A stretch of DNA of 64,000 nt from Dehalococcoidia bacterium (GTDB taxonomy: Bacteria; Chloroflexota; Dehalococcoidia; Lucifugimonadales; UBA1123). Positions 46,426 through 58,479 of the stretch are shown one piece after another (positions within the stretch are counted from its first letter, which is position 1; each line of letters begins with the position of its first letter). The translations under genes were made by a program, and so were the position numbers. The stretch spans positions 940-64,939 of the forward strand of contig JAGWBK010000013.1 in the NCBI GenBank assembly GCA_021295915.1, given 5' to 3'. Below the pieces are notes generated by a model that did no database searches, was not told the DNA's origin, and worked only from the letters and a program-made list of their open reading frames with translations.

Positions 46426-46829
46426 CTATCTTGGTGGAATCTTCGGTCTTGGTACATGCACAGAGGCTTCCGAATTCTGAAGAAGCGGGACATCTAGCTT
46501 CTCTCATCGTATCTGGTGATGCCGCAGTGACGGGGCCAGTTATCATGGAGTACCTGAGGGGTGCTCGATCCGACGACGAGTTCAATTTCCTGAGCGAACG
46601 GATTACCTCCCTGGACTTTCTTGAATTGGACCCGCCGACATGGGTGTGGGCAGGGAGACTGAGCGGGCGCTACATGCGTGCTGGTGTGACTATCTCCGAT
46701 CTCGACATCGTCATCGCCGCCACCGCAATCAGGTACGGTGTTCCCCTATACACCTTTGACGGAGTGTTCGTCCGCATACCGGAGCTTGACCTGTACGAAC
46801 CTCCTTTTCAGGAAGCGGACAAGCAATGA
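46422..46829 (+). CDS. vapC: PIN-domain toxin VapC
   Basis: The ORF overlaps vapB by 4 nt. It has a PIN-like pattern (ILVESSVL...EY...ISDLDIVIAATA...LYTFDGVF). Confidence 0.8.
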   Translation: MTILVESSVLVHAQRLPNSEEAGHLASLIVSGDAAVTGPVIMEYLRGARSDDEFNFLSERITSLDFLELDPPTWVWAGRLSGRYMRAGVTISDLDIVIAATAIRYGVPLYTFDGVFVRIPELDLYEPPFQEADKQ

Positions 46830-47590
46830 CTTCATCGTCTGGGTTCCTCAACATCGCACACCGTGGAGCTTCTGAATATGCCCCCGAGAACACGTTTGCG
46901 GCTTACGACAAGGCGCTCGAATTGGGAGTTAACCATATTGAGATCGACGTCCACTTCAGCCGCGACGGCCATATCGTCGTCATACATGACGACACACTGG
47001 ACCGCACCACTGACGGCTCCGGCCCCGTCGCTGACCTGACCCTCGCTGAGCTCCGTGAACTCGACGCCGGATCGTGGTTCGGGTCCGAGTACGCTGGTGA
47101 GCGAATCAGGACCCTGGCCGAGCTCTTCGAGCACTACAAGGGACGGTTGCACTTCCACATCGAGATCAAGGCCCGCGCTGAGGGGCTGGCGAGTCGAGTA
47201 GCCGACATGGTCAGGGCACACGGGATGACCGACGACGTCACGATTACGTCGTTCTGGAGACCGTGGCTCGACGAGGTGCGAGAGTACGCACCTGAGCTGA
47301 CCACCGGCTGGCTGGTGCCGCTCGGACCTGTGGACTGGGACGACTCGATCATCGAACAGGCTGTCGCTCTTGGACTGGACCAGGTCTGCCCCAGAGCGAA
47401 CATCACGACCCCTGAACTGGTCCGCACGCTCCACGAGCGCGGATTCGTGGTCAGGTGTCAGGGCGTGTACAGCGAGGATCTCATGCGACACGTCGTCGAG
47501 TGCGGCGCGGACGGCATGACCATCAACTTCCCGGACAAACTCACTGAATACCTAGCCCTCAGACCAGGTGGTCAAAGGGTAGATGTATGA
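46826..47590 (+). CDS. glycerophosphodiester phosphodiesterase
   Basis: [19 protein letters not shown]...[28 protein letters not shown]. Confidence 0.9.
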   Translation: MTSSSGFLNIAHRGASEYAPENTFAAYDKALELGVNHIEIDVHFSRDGHIVVIHDDTLDRTTDGSGPVADLTLAELRELDAGSWFGSEYAGERIRTLAELFEHYKGRLHFHIEIKARAEGLASRVADMVRAHGMTDDVTITSFWRPWLDEVREYAPELTTGWLVPLGPVDWDDSIIEQAVALGLDQVCPRANITTPELVRTLHERGFVVRCQGVYSEDLMRHVVECGADGMTINFPDKLTEYLALRPGGQRVDV

Positions 47591-48337
47591 CATTAGGCCA
47601 GGCTGGAGGTAGGCCCATTCAGGAAAAACCGACTAAAGTACTTGTTATCGGCTCGGGGCCGATCGTCATTGGCCAGGCTGCGGAGTTCGACTACGCAGGC
47701 ACGCAGGCGTGCAAGGCGCTGCGAGAGGAAGGCGTCACTACCGTCCTCGTGAACTCGAACCCGGCGACGATCATGACCGATGAGGACATCGCCGATGTCG
47801 TCTACATCGAGCCCCTGACCATCGAGGTACTGGACCGGATCATTGACCAGGAGCGCCCCGACGGGCTGCTGCCGACGCTCGGAGGTCAGACCGGCCTCAA
47901 CCTCGCAGTGGAGCTTGCCGACGCCGGCATCCTGGACAAGTACGATGTGCGACTGCTCGGCACTCCGCTTGAGACTATACGCAACGCCGAGGACCGCGAG
48001 CTGTTCAGAGACCTGCTGGTGAGCATCGGAGAGCCTGTGCCGCCGTCTGAGATAGCAGAGTCTGTGGAAGACGCCTACCGGGTCATGGACGACATCGGTC
48101 TGCCGTTGGTCATTAGGCCCGCGTACACGCTGGGCGGCACCGGTGGAGGCATCGCCAACACCGTCGATGAGTTCGACCAGTTCGTCAGGAGCGGCCTCGC
48201 AGCGAGCCCCATCACCCAGGTGCTGGTCGAGAAGTCGCTGGTCGGCTGGAAAGAGATCGAGTACGAGGTGATGCGCGACGGCGCGGACAACTGCATCACC
48301 ATCTGCAACATGGAGCGTCCACACCGGCGACAGCATC

Positions 48338-50932
<2,595 letters not shown>

Positions 50933-50947
<15 letters not shown>

Positions 50948-51366
50948 TGAATTTGGAATGGTGAACACCCAGGGTTCGCAAGTTCATGTTGATCTGCCAG
51001 AAAGAACCTTTGCCTTCGCGCATCGAGTGCTAAAGCTCTGCCAGTACCTTGACCGTACCCCTGGTGTAAATCGGCTTCTCGCAAACCAGCTGCTTCGTTC
51101 TGCGACCTCCGTAGGCGCAAATGTTGAGGAGGCGCAGGCTGGCCAGAGTCGAGCCGACTTTGTAAGTAAGATATCGATAGCCTGCAAAGAGGCGCGAGAG
51201 ACACACTATTGGCTCAGGCTCCTATCGGCAGCAGGGATCGTTGATCAACAGCGCTTAGGCGACCTGCTTGACGAGTCCAATCAGATCGTAGCGATTCTGA
51301 CGACCATTACGAAGAATGCTAGAGTGAACTGAGAGTCACGTCTCGAGGTCTCACAATTCCAGAGCG
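50933..51366. mobile_element. Rep-E cassette carrying a four-helix-bundle gene (E3, loaded copy)
   Basis: Left arm AGAAATAGTGAATAGTGAATTTGGAATGGTGAA overlaps the carB stop. Right arm ...CTCACAATTCCAGAG (reverse complement GGAATTGTGAG) follows the gene. Confidence 0.45.
50958..51332 (+). CDS. four-helix-bundle protein (23S rRNA intervening-sequence protein family)
   Basis: FAFAHRVLKLCQYL...LANQLLRSATSVGANVEEAQAGQSRADFVSKISIACKEARETHYWLRLL. Confidence 0.85.
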   Translation: MVNTQGSQVHVDLPERTFAFAHRVLKLCQYLDRTPGVNRLLANQLLRSATSVGANVEEAQAGQSRADFVSKISIACKEARETHYWLRLLSAAGIVDQQRLGDLLDESNQIVAILTTITKNARVN

Positions 51367-51382
51367 CGTTCGCAGGGTCTCG

Positions 51383-52528
51383 ATGCCGCCGATCGATGCG
51401 CTGAACACGCGCATGGCGGAGCTCAACGCTGCCGGTGGCGACGTCATCAGCCTTGGTCAGAGCGTGCCGTTCTTCGGCCCGCCGCCGGAGATGGTCGAGG
51501 CCGTCAGGGATGCGCTGGACAGCTTCGGCCCTAGACTCCACACCTACGGCCCGGACGCTGGCATCCCGGAGCTGCGTCAGGCGCTCGCTCGGAAGCTGTC
51601 AGACTTCAACAACGTCGAGGTAGACCCTGACAGTCAGTTGCTCGTCACTCCGGGCTCCAACCAGGCTTTCATGGTCACAATGATGACAATCCTGGACCCG
51701 GGAGACGAGGTCGCCATAGCCTCACCGTACTACTTCAACCACCACATGGCCATCGAGCTCTGCCAGGGGGCAGTCCGGGAAATCCCTCTGAGCGAGGAGG
51801 ACGGCTTCCAGATGAGACTGGAGGACGTCGAGAGAGTCATAACACCGCGCACAAAGGCCGTCGTGATCATCTCCCCGAACAACCCGACCGGCACGGTGTA
51901 CGATCCAGACGAGGTCATGGCGATTGCCAGGAGCCTCACCGAGCGCGGCATCTACGTCATCACCGACGACGCCTACGAGGTCTTCTGCTACGACGGCGCT
52001 GAGCACACCGACCCGATGTCGGCCGTCGAGTCGTCGGAGTACCTGGTCACACTTGGCAGCCTGTCCAAGACCCTCGGCATGACCGGGTGGCGCATAGGCT
52101 ACATGGTCGCCGACCCTGGACTCATCAGGCAGGCGCTGAAGGTGCAGGACGCCACCGCCATCTGCGCGCCTATCATCGCCCAGGTGGCCGCGACTGCCGC
52201 GCTGGAGCAGATGCCCGCATACCCGATGGGCATGATCGAAGAGCTCGACGAGCGTCGCGACATGCTTCAGAGCGTCGTCGTCGAGTCCCCTGCCCTGCAC
52301 TGGCAAAGGACCAACGGCGCGCTGTTCGCGATGGTGAGAGCCGACGCCGTCGGCAGCGACCGCCGGGAGCTAGAGTCGGAGCTGCTTGAGAACGCCCATG
52401 TGTTGACCGTCCCCGGCAGGGCCTTCGGTACCCAGTGGAGCGACTTCATCAGGATCTCGTACGGCTGCTCGCCGAGGGACCGCTACGAAGTTGCGCTTGA
52501 GAGGCTTGCAGACTTCTTCGGGGGCTAG
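51383..52528 (+). CDS. class I/II PLP-dependent aminotransferase
   Basis: SPNNPTG...GSLSKTLGMTGWRIGY (PLP lysine motif). Confidence 0.9.
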   Translation: MPPIDALNTRMAELNAAGGDVISLGQSVPFFGPPPEMVEAVRDALDSFGPRLHTYGPDAGIPELRQALARKLSDFNNVEVDPDSQLLVTPGSNQAFMVTMMTILDPGDEVAIASPYYFNHHMAIELCQGAVREIPLSEEDGFQMRLEDVERVITPRTKAVVIISPNNPTGTVYDPDEVMAIARSLTERGIYVITDDAYEVFCYDGAEHTDPMSAVESSEYLVTLGSLSKTLGMTGWRIGYMVADPGLIRQALKVQDATAICAPIIAQVAATAALEQMPAYPMGMIEELDERRDMLQSVVVESPALHWQRTNGALFAMVRADAVGSDRRELESELLENAHVLTVPGRAFGTQWSDFIRISYGCSPRDRYEVALERLADFFGG

Positions 52529-52574
52529 GGACTCTCAGCAGTCAGCCTTGGTCGGATCCCCACATCCTGCCCCA

Positions 52575-52705
52575 CCGTCGTTCCGGCGAAGGCCGGAACC
52601 CACGAAGTGGCTCGCCGCTCGGCAATCCAGAGGGATGGGGTGTCCTTCGACAAGCTCAGGACGAACGAATTGTCGGTTTACCTAACCCCGTAGCAAGGGG
52701 GAGGA
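52575..52705 (+). repeat. Rep-F element, copy 1
   Basis: CCGTCGTTCCGGCGAAGGCCGGAACCCACGAAGTGGCTCGCCGCTCGGCAATCCAG...ACGAACGAATTGTCGGTTTACC is near-identical to 59666-59830. Confidence 0.85.
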
Positions 52706-52724
52706 AGTTTCTGCAGCGATCCAA

Positions 52725-52765
52725 TAACGAAAAGAGGGCGGCTTGTGCCGCCCTCTGTTGTTGGT
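52725..52765. terminator. bidirectional intrinsic terminator between convergent genes
   Basis: AGAGGGCGGC (52733-42), ttgt loop, GCCGCCCTCT (52747-56). GTTGTT follows on the + strand and CTTTTCGTTATT on the - strand. Confidence 0.65.
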
Positions 52766-52785
52766 GCCGTTAGGGTTTGTGGAGT

Positions 52786-53649
52786 CTAGCCGGAGGCTCG
52801 CTCCACGGCGGCGGTGATGGCGCGGAGTGCGTAGACCTTGGTCAGGTGCTCGCGGTACTCGGCGGAGGCATGAATGTCCTCGTTCATCTCGATGCCGTTG
52901 GATGCCCTGCCTGCCGCGCTGCGAATCGCGTCGGCGTCGCCGGAGCTTCCAACGAGCCGGGCTTCAGAGTCGGAGGCGCGAGACGCGCTCGACCCAGAGC
53001 CGGTCACCCCTATCCGCGCGGCTGTCACACTGCCGCCTGAGACGGTAACTGACGCCGCAACGCCGACAATCGCGAAGTGTGAGGCCTTGTTGGCCATCTT
53101 GGCGTAGGCCGCGCCGGAACCCGCGCCCTGTGCCGGGATCCGGACCTCGGTCAGGATCTCGTTGGGCTCGAGGGCGGTCGTGAACAGGTCTACGAAAAAG
53201 TCGTCAGCCGAGATCGTGCGGCTGCCGCCTGCTGAGGTCGCGACGATCTCAGCACCTAGCGCAAGCATGACCGCAGGCAGGTCCGCCGCTGGGTCGGCAT
53301 GGGCGAGGCTGCCGCCGATGGTGCCCATGTTGCGCACCTGAGGGTCGGCAACAATCGCAGCCGCCTCGGCGATAACAGGCGCATTCTGCTGGACGGCGTC
53401 GGAGTTGATGATGTCGTAGTAGCTGGTCGTCCCGCCTATGGCGAGGGCGCCGCCGGACTCGTTTATGTAGCTGAGTCCGCTGATCTTGCCGATGTCGACG
53501 AGAGCGCTCGGCTCGGACAGTCGCAGCTTCATCATCGGGATGAGGCTGTGTCCGCCGGCAAGCACCTTGGCGTCGGCGTCATCGTTCAGAAGAGCAAGCG
53601 CCTCTTCAACAGTAGAAGGTGCGTGATAATCGAATGCTGATGCTACCAT
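52786..53649 (-). CDS. xanthine dehydrogenase/CO dehydrogenase family FAD-binding medium subunit (CoxM/CutM-like)
   Basis: FDYHAPSTVEEALALL...VLAGGHSLIPMMKLRL. ATG 53649 is preceded by AAGGAGG; the ORF-track start at 53694 lies inside Rep-C. Confidence 0.88.
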   Translation of the reverse strand: MVASAFDYHAPSTVEEALALLNDDADAKVLAGGHSLIPMMKLRLSEPSALVDIGKISGLSYINESGGALAIGGTTSYYDIINSDAVQQNAPVIAEAAAIVADPQVRNMGTIGGSLAHADPAADLPAVMLALGAEIVATSAGGSRTISADDFFVDLFTTALEPNEILTEVRIPAQGAGSGAAYAKMANKASHFAIVGVAASVTVSGGSVTAARIGVTGSGSSASRASDSEARLVGSSGDADAIRSAAGRASNGIEMNEDIHASAEYREHLTKVYALRAITAAVERASG

Positions 53650-53667
53650 CTCAGGCTCGGCCTCCTT

Positions 53668-53706
53668 GTAGGGGTGTAGACGGGCAGGTTTCAAACCTGC
53701 CCCTAC
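53668..53706. repeat. Rep-C palindromic element (coxS-coxM spacer)
   Basis: GTAGGGGtgtagacGGGCAGGTTTCAAACCTGCCCCTAC. Confidence 0.8.
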
Positions 53707-53732
53707 GCTATCGGTAGGCTATCGGGACGCCG

Positions 53733-54200
<468 letters not shown>

Positions 54201-54374
54201 AGCAAAATCCTCCGTGTGTAAAGAGTGTCAGGAGTCGCCTCTAGCAAGGCAGGCCGATTATATCAGCAAAGAGGTGAGGGGGCTACTGGGGGGTGATAGC
54301 TTGCCGGTCGGATCATGAGTGTCCCGATGCGGGTTGAGCAGGACTGGAACGTGCTGAAGCCAGCATTGGGCCAT

Positions 54375-54725
54375 CTACTCGTTCTGTTCATCGAATTCAG
54401 CATCTGAGTATCCGTCAAAATAGCCTTCGATATAGCCTGAAATACGCGATACTCGGTCGCTGTTGTCGTTAACTTCGACTTCAAGGCGTTCCATTCGTTG
54501 ATCTGTGGTATTTATTCGAGAGGTCAGGTTTTCTACCCGTGATTCGATGGCGCCGATAAGAAAAGCCGCAACGGATATCACAAGAATAACCATCGTGATA
54601 GAAACGGCGATTGTGGTCCACTCTCGAAAGTTGAGAGGCGCCCTCCATGTCGATGACTTGGTCTGGTCAGAGTTCGTACCATCAGATGTCTTTGTATTCT
54701 GTATTTCCGTGTCGATTTCTCTCAC
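54375..54725 (-). CDS. hypothetical single-pass membrane protein with coiled-coil ectodomain (AT-rich patch)
   Basis: ORF with one TM (WTTIAVSITMVILVISVAAFLIGAI) followed by heptad-like sequence. Confidence 0.45.
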   Translation of the reverse strand: MREIDTEIQNTKTSDGTNSDQTKSSTWRAPLNFREWTTIAVSITMVILVISVAAFLIGAIESRVENLTSRINTTDQRMERLEVEVNDNSDRVSRISGYIEGYFDGYSDAEFDEQNE

Positions 54726-55275
54726 CCGGTTGACTCTAATCCTCTAAAGGGTCGTTAACTGAATAGTCCGTCCTCGTGCAACGTCACCCTGTCGATCTGG
54801 TAAATGGTCTCCTGCAGGCTAGCGACGATACGACAGTAGTTGTCCAAGTCTTCAAGCGTATGGGAACGACCTTTACAGTTCTTCAGGCACTGCTTTTGGA
54901 TCTGAAGCTACTCTTGCTGATGTAGGCTCGACCTTGCTTAGAGGGTGGCCAAATGTCTACCTTGATCGTAGCCACATTGGAACACTTGTGTCAATCGAAG
55001 TCGTTGTCCTCAGCGGTCCAAATGCACAATCCGTTGCAAGTTCGTCACTCCCGCAAAAGCGGGAGTCCAGTGGGGTGAGGGGGGATTGCCGAGCGACGCG
55101 CCACTTTGTGGATCTCTGCGATCGGGGGAATGCGAAAACAGGACGATGGTAGTGGACGAGGTGTGGATTCTCGTTCCCCATTTCCACGGGGACAAGCTTC
55201 GTGGGAATGACGGGTGAGGCAGCGGGAAAGGTGGGCGGGGTGGCAGGAATTGCGAGTGGTGTATGGGAGGCAACA

Positions 55276-55563
55276 TCAGCAGATCTCTTTGTAGAGGTCT
55301 AGCCACCTTGGATTTTCTTTCTCGATCAGTTCGATCTTCCATACTCGTCTCCACTTCTTGAGGGCGTTTTCTCTGAGTATGGCGCTTTCCATGGTCTCGT
55401 GGACTTCGTACCAGACGAGGTTGTGGACGTTGTAGCGCTTGGTGAATCCCTCTGCGAGGTTGTTCTTGTGCTGCCAGACGCGTTGTATGAGGTCGGAGGT
55501 TACTCCGATGTATAGGGTGCCATTGCGTTTGTTCGCAAGGATGTAGACGCAGGGGAGTTTCAT
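55276..55563 (-). CDS. GIY-YIG nuclease family protein (UPF0213-type)
   Basis: MKLPCVYILANKRNGTLYIGVTSDLIQRVWQHK...ENALKKW. Only the last 95 codons of the 266-codon ORF are genic. Confidence 0.88.
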   Translation of the reverse strand: MKLPCVYILANKRNGTLYIGVTSDLIQRVWQHKNNLAEGFTKRYNVHNLVWYEVHETMESAILRENALKKWRRVWKIELIEKENPRWLDLYKEIC

Positions 55564-55639
55564 GTTGGTTCTCCAGGGTGTGTTTTCTGCTCTCGTTATT
55601 CGCCGGAATGGGGCGTCGGGGGTGTCGAAGGGCGAGGTG

Positions 55640-55925
55640 TGTGGGCGAGGTGTGGATTCCCGCTTCCGCAGGAATGACGGGTGGAGGGCCGGGAATGACG
55701 TGTGGAGGTGTTGGGATTGACGAGTGGGGTGGTGGATATTAGGGGCTGGGGTACCGGGTGTATCGAATGGGGTGCGAGGAATGGCTACTGGGCGTGGGGA
55801 TGGACAATGTGAGTAGGCGAGGTGTGGGTTCCCGCTTTCGCGGGAATGACTAGGGGAGGATAGGGAATGACGAGTGGGGAGCCGGGGGTGACGGATGGAG
55901 GTTCGAGGGTGACGAACGGAGGTCT
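55640..55925 (+). repeat. G-rich degenerate tandem array of ~21-nt units derived from the Rep-B right arm
   Basis: GGGAATGACG-like cores occur at 55671, 55691 and 55713, then at 55842, 55863, 55884 and 55905, with a 20-22 nt period. Confidence 0.7.
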
Positions 55926-55964
55926 GGGTATGTCTATTGTGGAGTTGTATGGAGTGCAATGGGG

Positions 55965-57371
55965 TTAGACCCATATCTTGGTGATTCTTCGGTTGATGAG
56001 TTGGGTGATGGCCCAGACGAGGGCGTCCATGCGGTCGGGGGAGACGTCGGCTGGGCCCTTTGGGGTCCAGGTGCACATCTGGTCTTCGAGGTCGGGGAAG
56101 GTGCCGACGTGGTGGACCTTGCCCTGTTCGTAGAGTGCTGCGACCGGCTCGGCTCGGGCGTACTTGCCTCGGCTGGCATTCACCGACACGTACCTGAAGG
56201 TCTGTCGGCCGGATGCGGTGCGCAGCACCTCTTTCACAAGGTCGCCGCCGTTGTTGACCTCTCCTATGATCCGGTCGGCGCTGTGCTTGTCGTAGAGGGC
56301 TATGGCTCGCTCTGCCCAGCTGTTGGGAGACATTCGGCCTGAGCCGTCGGCGATGACGTAGTAGTGCTTGTCGGAGTCGACTCCGGCGACGACTATGCCG
56401 GTCTCGTCGCTTCGGGCGTTGGATGTTACCGCGGGGTCTATGGCTACGACGACCTGCGCAAGACTTTCGGGAGCAGTCTTTAGCCGTGCGTCGTCAATCC
56501 ACTGTCTCTCCCAGAGGGCGTCCTCTGACTGGTCGAGGAGGTCTGCGTGTATTTCCTGTCTTCCGGTGCGGGTGCCCTCGTACTGCGCCCTGATGTTGGA
56601 GTAGAAGCTGGGTGCCAAGTTGTCCTCGTTGTCGTAGGTGGTGCCTCGTGTGACCACCACGTCGGGTCGGGCTACAAGCTCTCTGAGTAGGGCTACCGGC
56701 TTGGGAGTGGTGGTGACCACACAGCGGGGATCGGAGCCGAGCCTAAGGGCGAACGCTAGGTTGTCCCACGTGTCGCGAGGGTACTTCCAAGATGCGAGCT
56801 CGTCGCACCATGCAGCGTCGAACTGCGGGCCTCTGAGCTGGTCGGGCTCGTAGCTTGAGAAGAGGAACGCTGTTGCTCCGTTGGGCCACGTCAGCTTTCG
56901 CTTAGTGGACTCGTACTCGGGCATTGCCCATGGAGGGCAGATGCTGAGGATGCCGGACTCGCCCTGGATCATGGTGTCCCTGATCTCGGCGGGAGTGCGG
57001 GCGACAAGGGCGATTCTGCCAGCTTTGCCTGATTCGACCTGTGATCGTACCCACTCTGCGCCGGTGCGTGTCTTTCCGAAGCCGCGTCCGGCGAGGAGTA
57101 TCCACGCGGTCCAGAGTCCGTCGGGCGGAGTCTGGTTCTCCCTGGCCATTAGCGGCCAGCGGTACCTGAAGCGCAGGTGTGGGTCGGGCGGCAGTGTGTG
57201 CCGCATCGACAGTGTGGCGTCGATGCGGGCGTCGTCCTGTGAGACGGAGTCGAGACGTGCGTTGAGTCGGGGTTTAGTGGACATAGCTACTGCCTGGTCA
57301 GGGGAAGTGGCCCGAGTTGGGGCCTGCGCCGTACTGGACGGAGCCTCTGAACCTGCCCCTGTCTTCGTCAT
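55965..57371 (-). CDS. phage terminase large subunit (GTA/TerL type)
   Basis: WILLAGRGFGKTRTGAEWV (Walker A) plus a C-terminal nuclease half. An alternative start at ATG 57284 would remove the 74-nt overlap with the upstream ORF. Confidence 0.8.
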   Translation of the reverse strand: MTKTGAGSEAPSSTAQAPTRATSPDQAVAMSTKPRLNARLDSVSQDDARIDATLSMRHTLPPDPHLRFRYRWPLMARENQTPPDGLWTAWILLAGRGFGKTRTGAEWVRSQVESGKAGRIALVARTPAEIRDTMIQGESGILSICPPWAMPEYESTKRKLTWPNGATAFLFSSYEPDQLRGPQFDAAWCDELASWKYPRDTWDNLAFALRLGSDPRCVVTTTPKPVALLRELVARPDVVVTRGTTYDNEDNLAPSFYSNIRAQYEGTRTGRQEIHADLLDQSEDALWERQWIDDARLKTAPESLAQVVVAIDPAVTSNARSDETGIVVAGVDSDKHYYVIADGSGRMSPNSWAERAIALYDKHSADRIIGEVNNGGDLVKEVLRTASGRQTFRYVSVNASRGKYARAEPVAALYEQGKVHHVGTFPDLEDQMCTWTPKGPADVSPDRMDALVWAITQLINRRITKIWV

Positions 57372-58479
57372 GAAGTCTGCAGTCGGGATGTCCGCAGTCG
57401 ATGTAGATCGACCTTCCGAGCTCGAACATCAGCTTTCGTCTGTGCTTTGAGCGAGTGGGAGGACCGGGTTCGGGTTCCGGGGTGGATTCAGACTGCTGAA
57501 CCTCTTCCGCCACGGCTGACTGACGCTCGGCTTCTTCTTTCTCTCTGCGTTCTCTGTCGGCTTTGATCTGCTTTCGGCGTTCGATCTTGGTGTCGATCAT
57601 TGCATTGAACTCGCCGAGTTCTCTGGCGACGATGGCCTCGTATTCTTCAGGGTCCAGTGAGTTCTTCCACTCGTAGAACCACTTCTCGGAGTTCTCCCAT
57701 GCCTGGTCGTAGGCGGAGAGATCGCGTTCATAGGGTGGATTGTCGGGGTGCTGTTTGGCGAGTTCTGCCTTTATGCGGTCGTCTTCGTCGAGGATTGGTG
57801 TGACCAGTTCGATGAAGGCTGACCAGTCGGTGTCGTCTTCTGTGGGGGTGGGGGTGTCTGACCCCGTATCGGAGTACGGGGTGACGTTACTTTGATTTGT
57901 CGGATTAGGGGATTTTTCTGATTTTGTTGGTTGGGGGCTTGGTTTTGAGGTGTGGGGTGGGGTTGGTTGGTAGTCCTGGTTTTCTCCCCCGTATCGAGTA
58001 CGGGGCAGGCTCTCACCCCAGCCCTCTCCCGCTGGGAGAGGGGGTCTTTGTCTTGCGTGTTTGCCGAAGCCTCGGGTTAGGAGTTCTCTGGCTGCTGAGA
58101 TGCGGTGGTGGGGTTTGAAGGCTTTGAGTTGGCCTTCCATGACGTTGATCAGGAAGCGGCAGACTTTGGCTCCATCATCGGTGGACTCTTGGATCTTCTT
58201 GGCTAGGGCGAGGTCGAACTCGGAGTCGTCTGGGGAGCTGGAATCTGTCCTGTGTCGGGATGGCTCGCGTGGGTTGTCGAGGATGAAGGCGATGGCCTGG
58301 CCACGTTCCGTCGTGGCGGGTCCGCGGCAGTTGCAGCCGTACTTCGTGAGGAGCCGTGCGGCGTCGAGCCTGTGGCACAGCTTGAAGTCGGGGCGTTCTT
58401 CCCTCATGACTTCGATTAGGAAGTCTATGATGAGGTCGCCGTTGTCTGTCTTTGCCTGGATTCTTTGGGCTAGGTTCAT
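57298..58479 (-). CDS. hypothetical phage-associated protein (duplicated N-terminal helical module; possible small-terminase role); central part built from palindromic repeats
   Basis: Duplicated LAQRIQAKTDNGDLIIDFLIEVM / LAKKIQESTDDGAKVCRFLINVM modules. Rep-A and two Rep-D copies lie in-frame at 57860-58047. Confidence 0.5.
   Translation of the reverse strand: MNLAQRIQAKTDNGDLIIDFLIEVMREERPDFKLCHRLDAARLLTKYGCNCRGPATTERGQAIAFILDNPREPSRHRTDSSSPDDSEFDLALAKKIQESTDDGAKVCRFLINVMEGQLKAFKPHHRISAARELLTRGFGKHARQRPPLPAGEGWGESLPRTRYGGENQDYQPTPPHTSKPSPQPTKSEKSPNPTNQSNVTPYSDTGSDTPTPTEDDTDWSAFIELVTPILDEDDRIKAELAKQHPDNPPYERDLSAYDQAWENSEKWFYEWKNSLDPEEYEAIVARELGEFNAMIDTKIERRKQIKADRERREKEEAERQSAVAEEVQQSESTPEPEPGPPTRSKHRRKLMFELGRSIYIDCGHPDCRLHDEDRGRFRGSVQYGAGPNSGHFP

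Noticed and set aside
54760-54905. Minus-strand ~48-codon open frame (..QKQCLKNCKGRSHTLEDLDNYCRIVASLQETIYQIDRVTLHEDGLFS) in the AT-rich patch; possible gene remnant.
   Set aside because: It has no start codon after the upstream TAG, is below any reasonable length threshold, and has no motif I can assign. It is noted only as a possible pseudogene fragment.
55640-55925. Possible CRISPR array (short regularly spaced repeats).
   Set aside because: The units are contiguous 20-22-nt degenerate tandem repeats with no unique spacers of 30-40 nt. No cas genes are present. The units are fragments of the Rep-B family.
55276-56076. 266-codon minus-strand ORF spanning the GIY-YIG gene and the repeat array.
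   Set aside because: Only the last 95 codons, from ATG 55563 (MKLPCVYILANK...), are GIY-YIG sequence. The upstream 170 codons are a Pro/His/Arg-rich translation of Rep-B units and the 21-nt G-rich array, and they overlap the TerL 3-prime end.
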